DNA of 20,000 bases from an uncultured virus (IMG/VR IMGVR_UViG_3300037067_003088) (lineage: Duplodnaviria; Heunggongvirae; Uroviricota; Caudoviricetes): the IMG/VR virus record IMGVR_UViG_3300037067_003088, positions 50,953 through 70,952 of that record; one strand, given 5' to 3'. The notes beneath the pieces were generated by a model that was not told the DNA's origin, ran no database searches, and saw nothing but the letters and a program-made list of their open reading frames with translations. Every line of letters begins with the position of its first letter. Positions within the stretch are counted from its first letter, which is position 1. Below are positions 6,967-15,968 of the stretch, piece after piece. The position numbers were made by a program, and so were the translations under genes.

Positions 6967-7230
6967 CTATTCCACAAAGCCTTCCTGGGCTTTCAATGTC
7001 ACTATATCCCGTTCATTCGCCCGGATACGAGTCTCATGATCCTCATTGATTTTATCAATGAGCTTATGCGTTTTTTCGCAATTTGTAACCCACACCAGAG
7101 AGTTTTTCAATTCGTCAATGGCCCGTTCCAGTGTTTTTACCGCGCTATACAACAGTTTCGCGGCAAGGAGGAGGATGCCCGCCAGCACATTCAAAACGCC
7201 CAATAAAATAGGTATCACCAGATTTTCCAC
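6967..7230 (-). CDS. Single N-terminal TM plus coiled-coil protein, lysis-cassette type (87 aa)
   Basis: GTG start with GGAG SD. LVIPILLGVLNVLAGILLLAA hydrophobic segment followed by heptad-like HETRIRANERDIVTLK. TAG stop abuts the ATG of the next gene. Confidence 0.75.
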   Translation of the reverse strand: MENLVIPILLGVLNVLAGILLLAAKLLYSAVKTLERAIDELKNSLVWVTNCEKTHKLIDKINEDHETRIRANERDIVTLKAQEGFVE

Positions 7231-7310
7231 TCCGCCGCTCCCTGTTATTTATGATGTAAGGTTGCTATTGCCCGCTCCGCGCTTTCACCCGGAGATTCCA
7301 GTTTTTGCCA

Positions 7311-10300
7311 TTACTTCGCCATTCGTTCCAGATAACCCTTTTGTTCCCGCTCTTTATAGGCTCTCATTTTTACTTTACGTTGGTTTCTGTGTATAGCAAT
7401 CAGTCTTTCGTATCCCTGTTTATAAGTGAGTCTTCCACTCGCTACTGCCTCAACAAGTGCTTCCTTTGCCTTCTTATATTCGCTGTCGGAGAGGATTCGA
7501 TTGTTGCTGTCTCTCATTGGAATGGTATACCTTTGAGACAACACTTTTTCGTGTCCGCCGCCGAACCACCAGTAGAAATTCGCTCCGCCGAACGGGATTT
7601 GCTTCCAACTTTCCATTTGCCAGAAGTTGAAGTCTTCCGGTTTCCCTCTTTCCAGGCCAAGTTCGATGTCCTTATTCTTTTTGTAAGAGGAAAGGATGTG
7701 CTTCATGTCACGCGCTGGCATCTCTACGAAATCAAGCGGCGGAGCAACCATCTTATACAGAGAATATTGTACCGGTTGTGTGCGGAATTGCCACAATACG
7801 TACCGGGAGAACCCGAACAGGCGGAGAATATTATCGACTATCCGGTCGGTCAGTTTCCTATCGCGCCCCGCGATAAAGTCTTTTATTTCATCGGCGGAAG
7901 CGTTACACAGTACCATAATGGCGGATAGTCTTGTCAGATTCCCTATGCCTTCCACTATATTACCTTCTTTTATTTTGGCAAACGCTTCCCGGCGAAACAC
8001 GTCAAACATCTTTATTGTGTAGGTTTTGAGCATATAAAACACGCGCCCGCCCGGATGTGCAAGGTATGTCTGAGGCATTTCCATCTGATCTACCGGTTGG
8101 AAATCAAGGAGGGTATTAAATGCTACCAGTTTCACATTTTCTTCTATTCTGCCTTCCTTCAAATCCTCTATGGTTTCCTTTACGTTTCCGGTCAGCATTA
8201 TATTCAACTTGCGCACAAGCGCGGGGTCGTTTCTCTTTGCCTGTGCCTGTAATTTGGCTATTGTGGCGTTTATCAATGTTTCCTTGCCAAGCCGGTCAAT
8301 AAAGTTGAATCCGGTTACTTTGAATATCTTTTCGAGGGCGTGTCCCATGCGCGTGGGATTCGTGAACTCTTCCGCTATTCTCTCTATGCCAATGTCATGA
8401 CGAGTGATATTGGATTTTCCGACTGCCGCTCTTCCAAATGCTACGCTGGATCGGATTAGACCGGCGTTGTACCACGCGAACGCCAGGTCTCCAAACTGCG
8501 TTATCGTGGAAAACACGTTTCCCATTGTGGTCATATATCCGATGTTTTTGTACACATCCAACACCCCGGAGGTAGACCGATAGTTAAAGAAGTCTTGGAA
8601 TATTCCTATCAACTCACCTTCCTGCCCCGGCTTTATCTTTCCTTCACCTATGAGGCCCGCCACGTAATCCCCGATATTGCTTTCCATGTTGAAGTCAAGT
8701 TCTGGGTCGCTGTCCTTGAGGTCTTGTTCGCTCACCTTCATGGTTATAGCGTCACTTCTGGCATTGCTCCGATATGTAACAAGGTCTTTCTGTGATTGCG
8801 TGTCGAAAACTTCCATGTCCTTCTTTTGTTGCTCAATAAACGCCGTCCGTTTACTAATATATTCATCCGGCGATAAGGGTGATGGCGTTTGATTTCCGGT
8901 TGGAAGTACGGCGTCAAGTTTCGCCTTGAGTTCCGCGTCCAGTTGCGCCAGTTCATTCTTGAGAATTTCTCCGGATTCCCTTTTTATCCGCGCCCTGTCC
9001 TCTTTGGGAATGAATGGGTCGTTTAAAATGGATTCATGTTGTGCCCGTATGAGTTCAGCACGTTCATTGCGCTCCTGTTTCAGCGCATCCCTGTATCCGT
9101 CTATCGCATCATTCGTTTCTGAATCATCTACTTTAGCGGGGGTGTTCGCTTTTGTCCACTCGGCCAGTGCTACTTTCTGTTTCGCTTTCAGGAGTTCCCG
9201 CTTCTGCTTGATCTTTTCAATGAAAGCGCTAATATTTTCCTTCGCGGTTTTATTCCTGTATTTGCGTCCAGATTCCAGTATCTTTTTTATTTCCTCGCTC
9301 TTGCCAAAGAATTTCCTGGATTCTATGGCCTTGTTCACGTTGGCGAGATAAATCATGAGAGCTTCATTGGAATCGTAATAGAACCGGTTTAGTTCCGCGT
9401 CAATAAGTTCTACTTGCCGTTCCTTGATGTTTCCCGGAGCCGAAAGAGTGATGTGCTTCCCATATCCTCTTATCATATTGTTGGCGATATGAGCTTTTTC
9501 TATATCGGAAAGTGGCCTCTGAATATCTGCTTCTTTTTGCTTTATCGCTTCGGATATATCGCCCCATGCATCTGTATTGTAGAGGTATTCGAGAAATCCG
9601 GACGGGTCTTTAATTACGCGGGGATGATAGTGTCCCCTGTATCCGATGTCATAGCCGACATTTTTAGCCCGTTCATGAATGGCGTCAAGCATATTGCGAA
9701 GTTTGGCGTATTCTTTGCCCATGCGATATTTTATAATGAGGTGTTGTAGCATTCCGGCATCGCCGTTTTTGCGGGCAAGGTCGAAAATAATCTGATCTTC
9801 ATTGCTCATGCTTTTTGTGGCCTGCATAAGCGGTTTTGCGCTTTCAATGTCTGATTGAAGGGTTGTATTCAAAAGGTACCGGTAGTTGCGGAACGCCGCC
9901 CTTAAAACGGGGTTGATGCTGGCGAGCCGGGTAGATATGGGGACAAGAACACGAGCCATAACGGAACCACGGGGGCCGGAGTGATATACGCGCCCGCCTT
10001 GGGATTTACCGGCTTTCACCGCATCATCATATACCGATTGTGGGACGGTCTGCTTGCGGGTGGAGTAGCGCGTCACGTCTTCAATCTCTCCGCCAACTTT
10101 CGCCGCTTCTCTTGCCCGCCTCAGTATATCCATAAGCTCCGCATTTGAGAACTGCCACTTCACGCCGAGTCTTGCCAGGAACTTCTTCACCGCCATCACG
10201 AACCGGTTCCAGAGCAGTGTTCCGGGCTTCACTGATTCCGATTGTTGCGCGAACCATTCATCTGCGGCAACGCGCATATCGTCAATCTCGTTTTCTTCCG

Positions 10301-13300
10301 CAAATGCCTTGATGTCTTTCCCGTACTTCGCGTCACTATTGAGGAAGTCGAGAAAGTCCTCAAATTCCTTCCCCATGACCTTGCGCAAGCCGTAATGGCC
10401 CGCCGCTTCATGGATGAACACCTTTTGGGCTTCCATGCGGCTACGGATGTGTTCCGCGACAACATAGACCTTGCCGTTGTGATAAATGCCGAGAACAACA
10501 TCACCGCCGGTCTGCTTGCGGAGAGCGGCGTCACGGATCGCTTCGGGAAGTTGAGCGGCAGTCGCCACGACCTTTACCGGCACGTTGAACTCGGATGCAA
10601 TGTCGTCAACCGCCCGCATTACTTCGGGGCCGGAGATGGAAGGAGAAGGGGAGGCGGGACGGGACATGAATGGGTATTCTATATCCTCTTTCAGAGTCGC
10701 GGACGGAGCGGGTTTGACGGGCGCGGAAGGAGAAGGAGATTCAGGCTTTACACCATATCCGTATTTTGAAATATATTCGTCTCTTAGTTTTGAGAGTTCT
10801 TCTTTTGTGATACGTTTCCAGTCCGCATATTCCTTTATGTTGTAATCGCTGACATACACCTTCTTTGTCTTTATAAAATCATCGAAAGAAGGTTTATTTT
10901 CGGGTTTATAGAAACGGTCGATGTCATCCTGAATCTCTTTAATTCGTTCAGGGGAAATGCCGCGAGTTGGAGGCATGTCTTTCCTGCTTATTTCAATTAT
11001 ATCTTGCCATCCATATTCTGTTTTTTTATGTCTGGCATGAAAATATTCCCAAGCGTATTTCCCCTCATTAACTCTTCCTTTTTCGCCTTTGTATTTTTGG
11101 GTCACATAATCGTCAACGGCCCCATATCGCGTTTTTCTATCCGTAGTATCAATGTCGCGTTGCATTTCACCTATTTTCTCTTGCGCCCTGTCTACCTTGA
11201 ATTGCTCCCAATCCGCCGCGCTTGTATCTTCCTCCATATCCTTCATTGCTTTGTCAAGTTCGACCTGATTGACCGTGGCTTTCCCGCGATGCACAACCTT
11301 CTTTACTTTGGTGGGCTGATAGGTTATGTCCTTTACATCAGAAGGGAACTCATTTTTCACTCTGCTCTTGAACTCAAGGAAACTTTTCAGTGAATTGGTG
11401 AGTTTGTATTCACCATCTCCGGGAACAAGAATAGTTGTCGTGCCTTCTTCTGTTACATCTCCCCACGAACCTTTGCCAACGTTTGATATTAAATCTTCGC
11501 GTTTGCCGCCGTGAACATTGCCGAAGTTCGTAGCCATACGGTCAATAACCGCATCGATTTCTTTGAGGAGATAATCCTTCTGCTCCTTGAGAGTTACCTT
11601 CTTCTCGTCCGCTTTCGGCATCACAGTTTCAACGGTTTTGTTTTTTTCACCGCTGACAACAATTTCCGGTTCGCCTTTGGCCTTGCGGTATGACTCCACG
11701 CTGAGATTCGTGCCGTCTTTGAGGGCGTAGTGTTCCGTTCCTGCGGGAATGACCTTCCCGGTATCGACATCGGTCAGATCGGTAATCGCAGTAGTGAGAT
11801 CGGAGTCAATGAGACGGTCGGATTCGGTGACGGGTTTCTCTGTTTCTTTCGCAACGGGAATTTCAACAGGCGCGGGTTCTTTTGCCTTTCCGTCATATTT
11901 CTTATCCCTCACCAAATCCGCGATATGCATCCATTGGGGCTTGATAATATCATTGTTACCGCCTGTCGAAGTTAGCCCGGTGTCCGCAACTTGTCCAATG
12001 AGCGCCTTTTTATTTTCTACATCAATCTCCTGTATGCGAAACCCCCGGTTAATCTGCGATCCGCGCTTTGTTGAGGTTGCGGGGCCTGCATAGTATCCTA
12101 CACCTTCTCCCGGCTTCCATTTTTCAGGTTTGGCCGCGATTTCCCCACGCAACAGATTTATGCGTTTTTCGTCACCGGCGGTTTTAAACTGTTTGGCGTT
12201 AATCTTTCTTATTTCAGCGTACCGTTGTTCATCATGTGATGTTGCGCCGGGTTCTTTTGCGGCCTCTATTTTCTTCCACGGATTACGGAATAGGTCAAGA
12301 TTCTTTGTTCCCGCATTCGGGGACATTTTGTTTCTGGCTTTTACAACAACCTGACCGGATTTATTCTGTGAAACCGTACCCTCATAATGCGTCATGGGAG
12401 CGCCGGGAAACAGAGGAGGAACAAAGAACGATACCTTGTCTCCGAGTTCGTATCCCTTCTCCCGCATCTTCTGTGTTTCGGCGTCACTTGTGGCTTTTAT
12501 TTGTGCGGCGTTATCGCGTTCCCAATTTGCGCGGCCCCGCTCGTGTTGCGCCTTCCATTCTGGGGAAGTGGAGGGCATGATCTTTTCAATCTCATCGAGT
12601 CTTGCAATGTGTTCTAATTGGGGCTTTGAGAGCTTGCCTTCCTGTTTGGCCTTTCCGACATTCGACGGGAGTTTTCGTATGAGAGATTGCGCTTCATCGT
12701 ACAGCGCGGCGTAATCGGGAACTTCAACCGGCCCCTGTTCCGTCTGCTTCGGCGTGGTTGTGGGTTTCAGGTCGTTTCCAGTTACTTTCACAAGTCCTTT
12801 TCTTGTGCCAGGATGAGATTCAGCATATTCTCCGGTTCTATCATAAAATTGTTGTCCCGTTCTTGGTTTTTCCCCTTTAGGTGGATTTGTTTCTTCAGTC
12901 ATATATTCCAGGCCGCCACCAAAAGGAGCGTTTACTATTTTTGTAACTCTGTCCACGCGCCCGCTCGTATCATTATTCCATTTTACAAGGTCGCCTACTT
13001 TTAATCCTTCGTTTGTGGCAGGCTTCAAATCCGGATACTCAGCAAGCACAGAAGCAGGAACGGGTCTGCCTTCTCGGATAGCGTTTACTATTCCATTTCT
13101 GTGATATGCTTCTGATAACTCATTACCGGAATTCTTGTATTCCTTCTTCGTCATCTCCCACGGTTCTTTCGCCTTCTTCTCCTCACCTTTCCCATACACT
13201 TCTTGCGCGACCTGTCGCCCGTACTTGTCCACATCGCTCTTGCCGGAATAGAGACTCAGTGCCTCATCGAGACTTCCCCTTGCCTGCACCTGTTTGCGGA

Positions 13301-15968
13301 CATAGGCATCCGTGGAGGCGTCGATACCGTGAGGGAGAGTCTTTTGCGTCTCACCCGTTGGCGTTTCCGCTGATTGTGTCTCACCTATAGGGGGTTGCTG
13401 AGACAAAAAGTCTTTCAGTTTACTATTAATTTCCTCTGCTTTCGCTTTCGCCCGGAGAAGAATGTCTTTCTTGCCTTCCTTAGTTAATCCGGACAGGTTG
13501 CTATCCATTGTGGCCCAAAAATCAGCACTCGGATTTTCTTTTGCGAGAATTAATGATGCGATTTTTGTAGTGAGTTTTTTTATCGTTTCCGGATTTTGTG
13601 TGGCTTTCGCGGTTTCACTCATCATGGCCGCACCCACGGGACTATCTGAAAGTCGATATCCGGAACTTAACAAATCATCTATGCTGGAATATGGAGATTC
13701 CAGTGCGGTATCATCCCCCAAGACATCCTGCACAATTTTACGCGCATCCTTTACCGATTTCCTATTCGCGGCATCTCCATATTGGTTTCTTTCTGCATAG
13801 AGTTCTTGAAGTTTTACGTCCATTTTATTGAGGTCAGGAAACCCGTCTGGCTGATACCCGTCCGCTTGGTCAACACTGATGCCTTGTTGCTTGAGTTCAT
13901 CGTATCGGGTATCTATCCGCTTTTGAACTTCATCGTATTTGCCAGATAGAGATCGGAAGGATTCCTTTTCAAGATGATTCTCTTTGAGTTCTACTTGCAG
14001 GGTTTCGGGCGCTTCTTGTCCTTGCGCATCGGAGGCTCCTTTCTGTGTGGGTGGTGTTATAGCCAAGTCTTCTTTAGGATAAAGGCTCACCGTTGCCTTG
14101 AAATCTTCCCCGGTTGTTGTACTCGGATGATTAAATTCAACATACCGTATTCCTTCATCTTTCAGTTTTGGCATCATCTCTTTGATTACATCATCCGGGT
14201 CAATGCCTTCCATTATTCCGTTTTGTATTTCGCTGTCAATGTCCTTGACCGGCCCCGGTTTGGCGGTAACATCCAGAACACGCGGCTTTCCCTTTCCTCT
14301 TCCGCCTCCAATGATGGGGTTTTCGGAGAATGCTTTTGCTTCATCCTGCCTATCTGTGAGATAGGTATAATTATCTCCGAACTCGGTGAAGTCTTTCGAT
14401 GATGTTCCGTGATAGTATCGCTTGGCTTCTTTTGGCGTTACGGCTTCGCTACGCGCCTCCTGGGGCACTATCTCCCCTTGCGGCGACACAATAGCCGCCC
14501 CTGCCTGTTTCGGTGTTTCTACGGCTGTCTCGGGCACATCGATAAACCGCTTCTGCGGCGTTCCCTCTCCGAGTAATTCCGCTTCCACTTCTTCCGGCGC
14601 AACCGCGTGTTGTCTACGATTAAACGGAACGCCCGGACGCGCCTTGCCCTGCACCTCTTCCGGTGTCGCTGTCCTGACGAATTCCCCGGTATCGGCGTCG
14701 ATGATATTCCCGTCCATGAGAACGGTGTTTTGCTGAACGGCGGGCGGAAGATTTGTTTCCTCAGCGGTGAAAACCTTCTGTCCCGGTTCCCGCATTTCTG
14801 CGGGTGGAGTAGCGGGTGCAGTCGCGGTTTCCGGTATGTTCGTTCCTATCGCATTCTTTCCGCGTCCTGACATCACGCCAACCGGCCCGCCCATTGCAAA
14901 TGCTATTGGGGCCACCGTCGCCATGTTCTTCAGACGTTGCTTGAATACATTCCAGTCCTCACCGAGTATTACTCCTTCCGCCGGTTCTTCCGCCATTTCG
15001 GTTGTCATTTCCGTACCGCCCGAAAGCATGAATCGCATGAGCGCGTTCCTGCCCGCCGGATTCAGCATCTTTTCGAGGCCGAGAGAATTAAGAATGCCCG
15101 ACGCAAGTGCCATCTTTACGCCAGCGTCAAGCGCCTCATCGGGAGACTTCCCAGATTCCAATGCCTGTTTGCGCGTACTCTGACCTTCCGTGAGGCCGCC
15201 TATCGCGCCACCTGCCGCCAGTCCCGACAATCCGCCGGTCGCCACTGCCGTAAGAAGCGCCGCGCCCATTCCCGGAGTCATCCGCGCCGCATTCGACGCC
15301 CACCACTTCGGATTTACGAGGAGTCCGGGGTTGTCTATGACGTTCCCAGCGATATCAGCACTTTGTTTGTACTCGTCCTGGACTTTTCCCCATTTATCGG
15401 CGTGTTTCTCACCGGCGAGTTTAATCATGTTTCCAATCGGCCCCGTTACTTTATTGAGTCCGGGAATGACAAAACTCTCGCCTTCCGTCATCGGATAGCT
15501 GGGCTTACCCATACCCTCGATGAATTTACCGGCTCCTGCAACGCCGAGTCCGCGCGCGGCATCTACGTCTGCCAATCCACCCTTAAACTGTCGCCCGATT
15601 TCCTGCGTGACAGAATACTCGTCTTCCGGTTTCCGTGAACCGGTTACTCCAATAGGGCGTTTCAGCCCTTCCATTCTCTTTTCCTGATCCGCTCTTATTG
15701 CGGCAATGGGATCGACGCCCGGAAACGGCCCGGCTGGTAGTAATGGAGCGGCGAATACATGAGGAGACTCAAGGAAAGACTGCCTCTCAGGAACGGGAAC
15801 GGGATTCACGGGAGCGGGAGCCGCGCCCATAGATGTATCGGCAATGAGTTTACTTGCGGTCTGACGCCCCAAAACATCAACCGGATCGGCAAGAACTATT
15901 CTGCTTTTGGAAACACTTGCGGGCTTGTACCCTTTGGGTATTTCATCATTTACAAGCTGAATCGGCAT
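7311..15968 (-). CDS. Giant polyvalent, probably virion-packaged and injected protein (2885 aa)
   Basis: TAATG overlap with the upstream gene. Gly/Ala-rich hydrophobic helices with GGTEMTTEMAEE (about 15300-14870). ART-like YYHGT...YTYLTD...A..F (14425-14055). EPWEMT...GRPVPASVLAEYPDL motif. Three SH3/KOW-like starts. Zincin-like FIHEAAGHYGL...AADEWFA...LWNRF (10620-10110). Long helical C-terminal region. Confidence 0.88.
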   Translation of the reverse strand: MPIQLVNDEIPKGYKPASVSKSRIVLADPVDVLGRQTASKLIADTSMGAAPAPVNPVPVPERQSFLESPHVFAAPLLPAGPFPGVDPIAAIRADQEKRMEGLKRPIGVTGSRKPEDEYSVTQEIGRQFKGGLADVDAARGLGVAGAGKFIEGMGKPSYPMTEGESFVIPGLNKVTGPIGNMIKLAGEKHADKWGKVQDEYKQSADIAGNVIDNPGLLVNPKWWASNAARMTPGMGAALLTAVATGGLSGLAAGGAIGGLTEGQSTRKQALESGKSPDEALDAGVKMALASGILNSLGLEKMLNPAGRNALMRFMLSGGTEMTTEMAEEPAEGVILGEDWNVFKQRLKNMATVAPIAFAMGGPVGVMSGRGKNAIGTNIPETATAPATPPAEMREPGQKVFTAEETNLPPAVQQNTVLMDGNIIDADTGEFVRTATPEEVQGKARPGVPFNRRQHAVAPEEVEAELLGEGTPQKRFIDVPETAVETPKQAGAAIVSPQGEIVPQEARSEAVTPKEAKRYYHGTSSKDFTEFGDNYTYLTDRQDEAKAFSENPIIGGGRGKGKPRVLDVTAKPGPVKDIDSEIQNGIMEGIDPDDVIKEMMPKLKDEGIRYVEFNHPSTTTGEDFKATVSLYPKEDLAITPPTQKGASDAQGQEAPETLQVELKENHLEKESFRSLSGKYDEVQKRIDTRYDELKQQGISVDQADGYQPDGFPDLNKMDVKLQELYAERNQYGDAANRKSVKDARKIVQDVLGDDTALESPYSSIDDLLSSGYRLSDSPVGAAMMSETAKATQNPETIKKLTTKIASLILAKENPSADFWATMDSNLSGLTKEGKKDILLRAKAKAEEINSKLKDFLSQQPPIGETQSAETPTGETQKTLPHGIDASTDAYVRKQVQARGSLDEALSLYSGKSDVDKYGRQVAQEVYGKGEEKKAKEPWEMTKKEYKNSGNELSEAYHRNGIVNAIREGRPVPASVLAEYPDLKPATNEGLKVGDLVKWNNDTSGRVDRVTKIVNAPFGGGLEYMTEETNPPKGEKPRTGQQFYDRTGEYAESHPGTRKGLVKVTGNDLKPTTTPKQTEQGPVEVPDYAALYDEAQSLIRKLPSNVGKAKQEGKLSKPQLEHIARLDEIEKIMPSTSPEWKAQHERGRANWERDNAAQIKATSDAETQKMREKGYELGDKVSFFVPPLFPGAPMTHYEGTVSQNKSGQVVVKARNKMSPNAGTKNLDLFRNPWKKIEAAKEPGATSHDEQRYAEIRKINAKQFKTAGDEKRINLLRGEIAAKPEKWKPGEGVGYYAGPATSTKRGSQINRGFRIQEIDVENKKALIGQVADTGLTSTGGNNDIIKPQWMHIADLVRDKKYDGKAKEPAPVEIPVAKETEKPVTESDRLIDSDLTTAITDLTDVDTGKVIPAGTEHYALKDGTNLSVESYRKAKGEPEIVVSGEKNKTVETVMPKADEKKVTLKEQKDYLLKEIDAVIDRMATNFGNVHGGKREDLISNVGKGSWGDVTEEGTTTILVPGDGEYKLTNSLKSFLEFKSRVKNEFPSDVKDITYQPTKVKKVVHRGKATVNQVELDKAMKDMEEDTSAADWEQFKVDRAQEKIGEMQRDIDTTDRKTRYGAVDDYVTQKYKGEKGRVNEGKYAWEYFHARHKKTEYGWQDIIEISRKDMPPTRGISPERIKEIQDDIDRFYKPENKPSFDDFIKTKKVYVSDYNIKEYADWKRITKEELSKLRDEYISKYGYGVKPESPSPSAPVKPAPSATLKEDIEYPFMSRPASPSPSISGPEVMRAVDDIASEFNVPVKVVATAAQLPEAIRDAALRKQTGGDVVLGIYHNGKVYVVAEHIRSRMEAQKVFIHEAAGHYGLRKVMGKEFEDFLDFLNSDAKYGKDIKAFAEENEIDDMRVAADEWFAQQSESVKPGTLLWNRFVMAVKKFLARLGVKWQFSNAELMDILRRAREAAKVGGEIEDVTRYSTRKQTVPQSVYDDAVKAGKSQGGRVYHSGPRGSVMARVLVPISTRLASINPVLRAAFRNYRYLLNTTLQSDIESAKPLMQATKSMSNEDQIIFDLARKNGDAGMLQHLIIKYRMGKEYAKLRNMLDAIHERAKNVGYDIGYRGHYHPRVIKDPSGFLEYLYNTDAWGDISEAIKQKEADIQRPLSDIEKAHIANNMIRGYGKHITLSAPGNIKERQVELIDAELNRFYYDSNEALMIYLANVNKAIESRKFFGKSEEIKKILESGRKYRNKTAKENISAFIEKIKQKRELLKAKQKVALAEWTKANTPAKVDDSETNDAIDGYRDALKQERNERAELIRAQHESILNDPFIPKEDRARIKRESGEILKNELAQLDAELKAKLDAVLPTGNQTPSPLSPDEYISKRTAFIEQQKKDMEVFDTQSQKDLVTYRSNARSDAITMKVSEQDLKDSDPELDFNMESNIGDYVAGLIGEGKIKPGQEGELIGIFQDFFNYRSTSGVLDVYKNIGYMTTMGNVFSTITQFGDLAFAWYNAGLIRSSVAFGRAAVGKSNITRHDIGIERIAEEFTNPTRMGHALEKIFKVTGFNFIDRLGKETLINATIAKLQAQAKRNDPALVRKLNIMLTGNVKETIEDLKEGRIEENVKLVAFNTLLDFQPVDQMEMPQTYLAHPGGRVFYMLKTYTIKMFDVFRREAFAKIKEGNIVEGIGNLTRLSAIMVLCNASADEIKDFIAGRDRKLTDRIVDNILRLFGFSRYVLWQFRTQPVQYSLYKMVAPPLDFVEMPARDMKHILSSYKKNKDIELGLERGKPEDFNFWQMESWKQIPFGGANFYWWFGGGHEKVLSQRYTIPMRDSNNRILSDSEYKKAKEALVEAVASGRLTYKQGYERLIAIHRNQRKVKMRAYKEREQKGYLERMAK

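Noticed and set aside
6967..7230. i-spanin with embedded o-spanin
   Set aside because: The alternative-frame ORF found (MCWRASSSLPRNCCIAR) is short and has no hydrophobic signal or lipobox.
7231..7310. c-di-GMP-I riboswitch or intrinsic terminator
   Set aside because: It has GGCAAA and a GAAA-capped stem but lacks the second stem with tetraloop receptor, and there is no U-tract.
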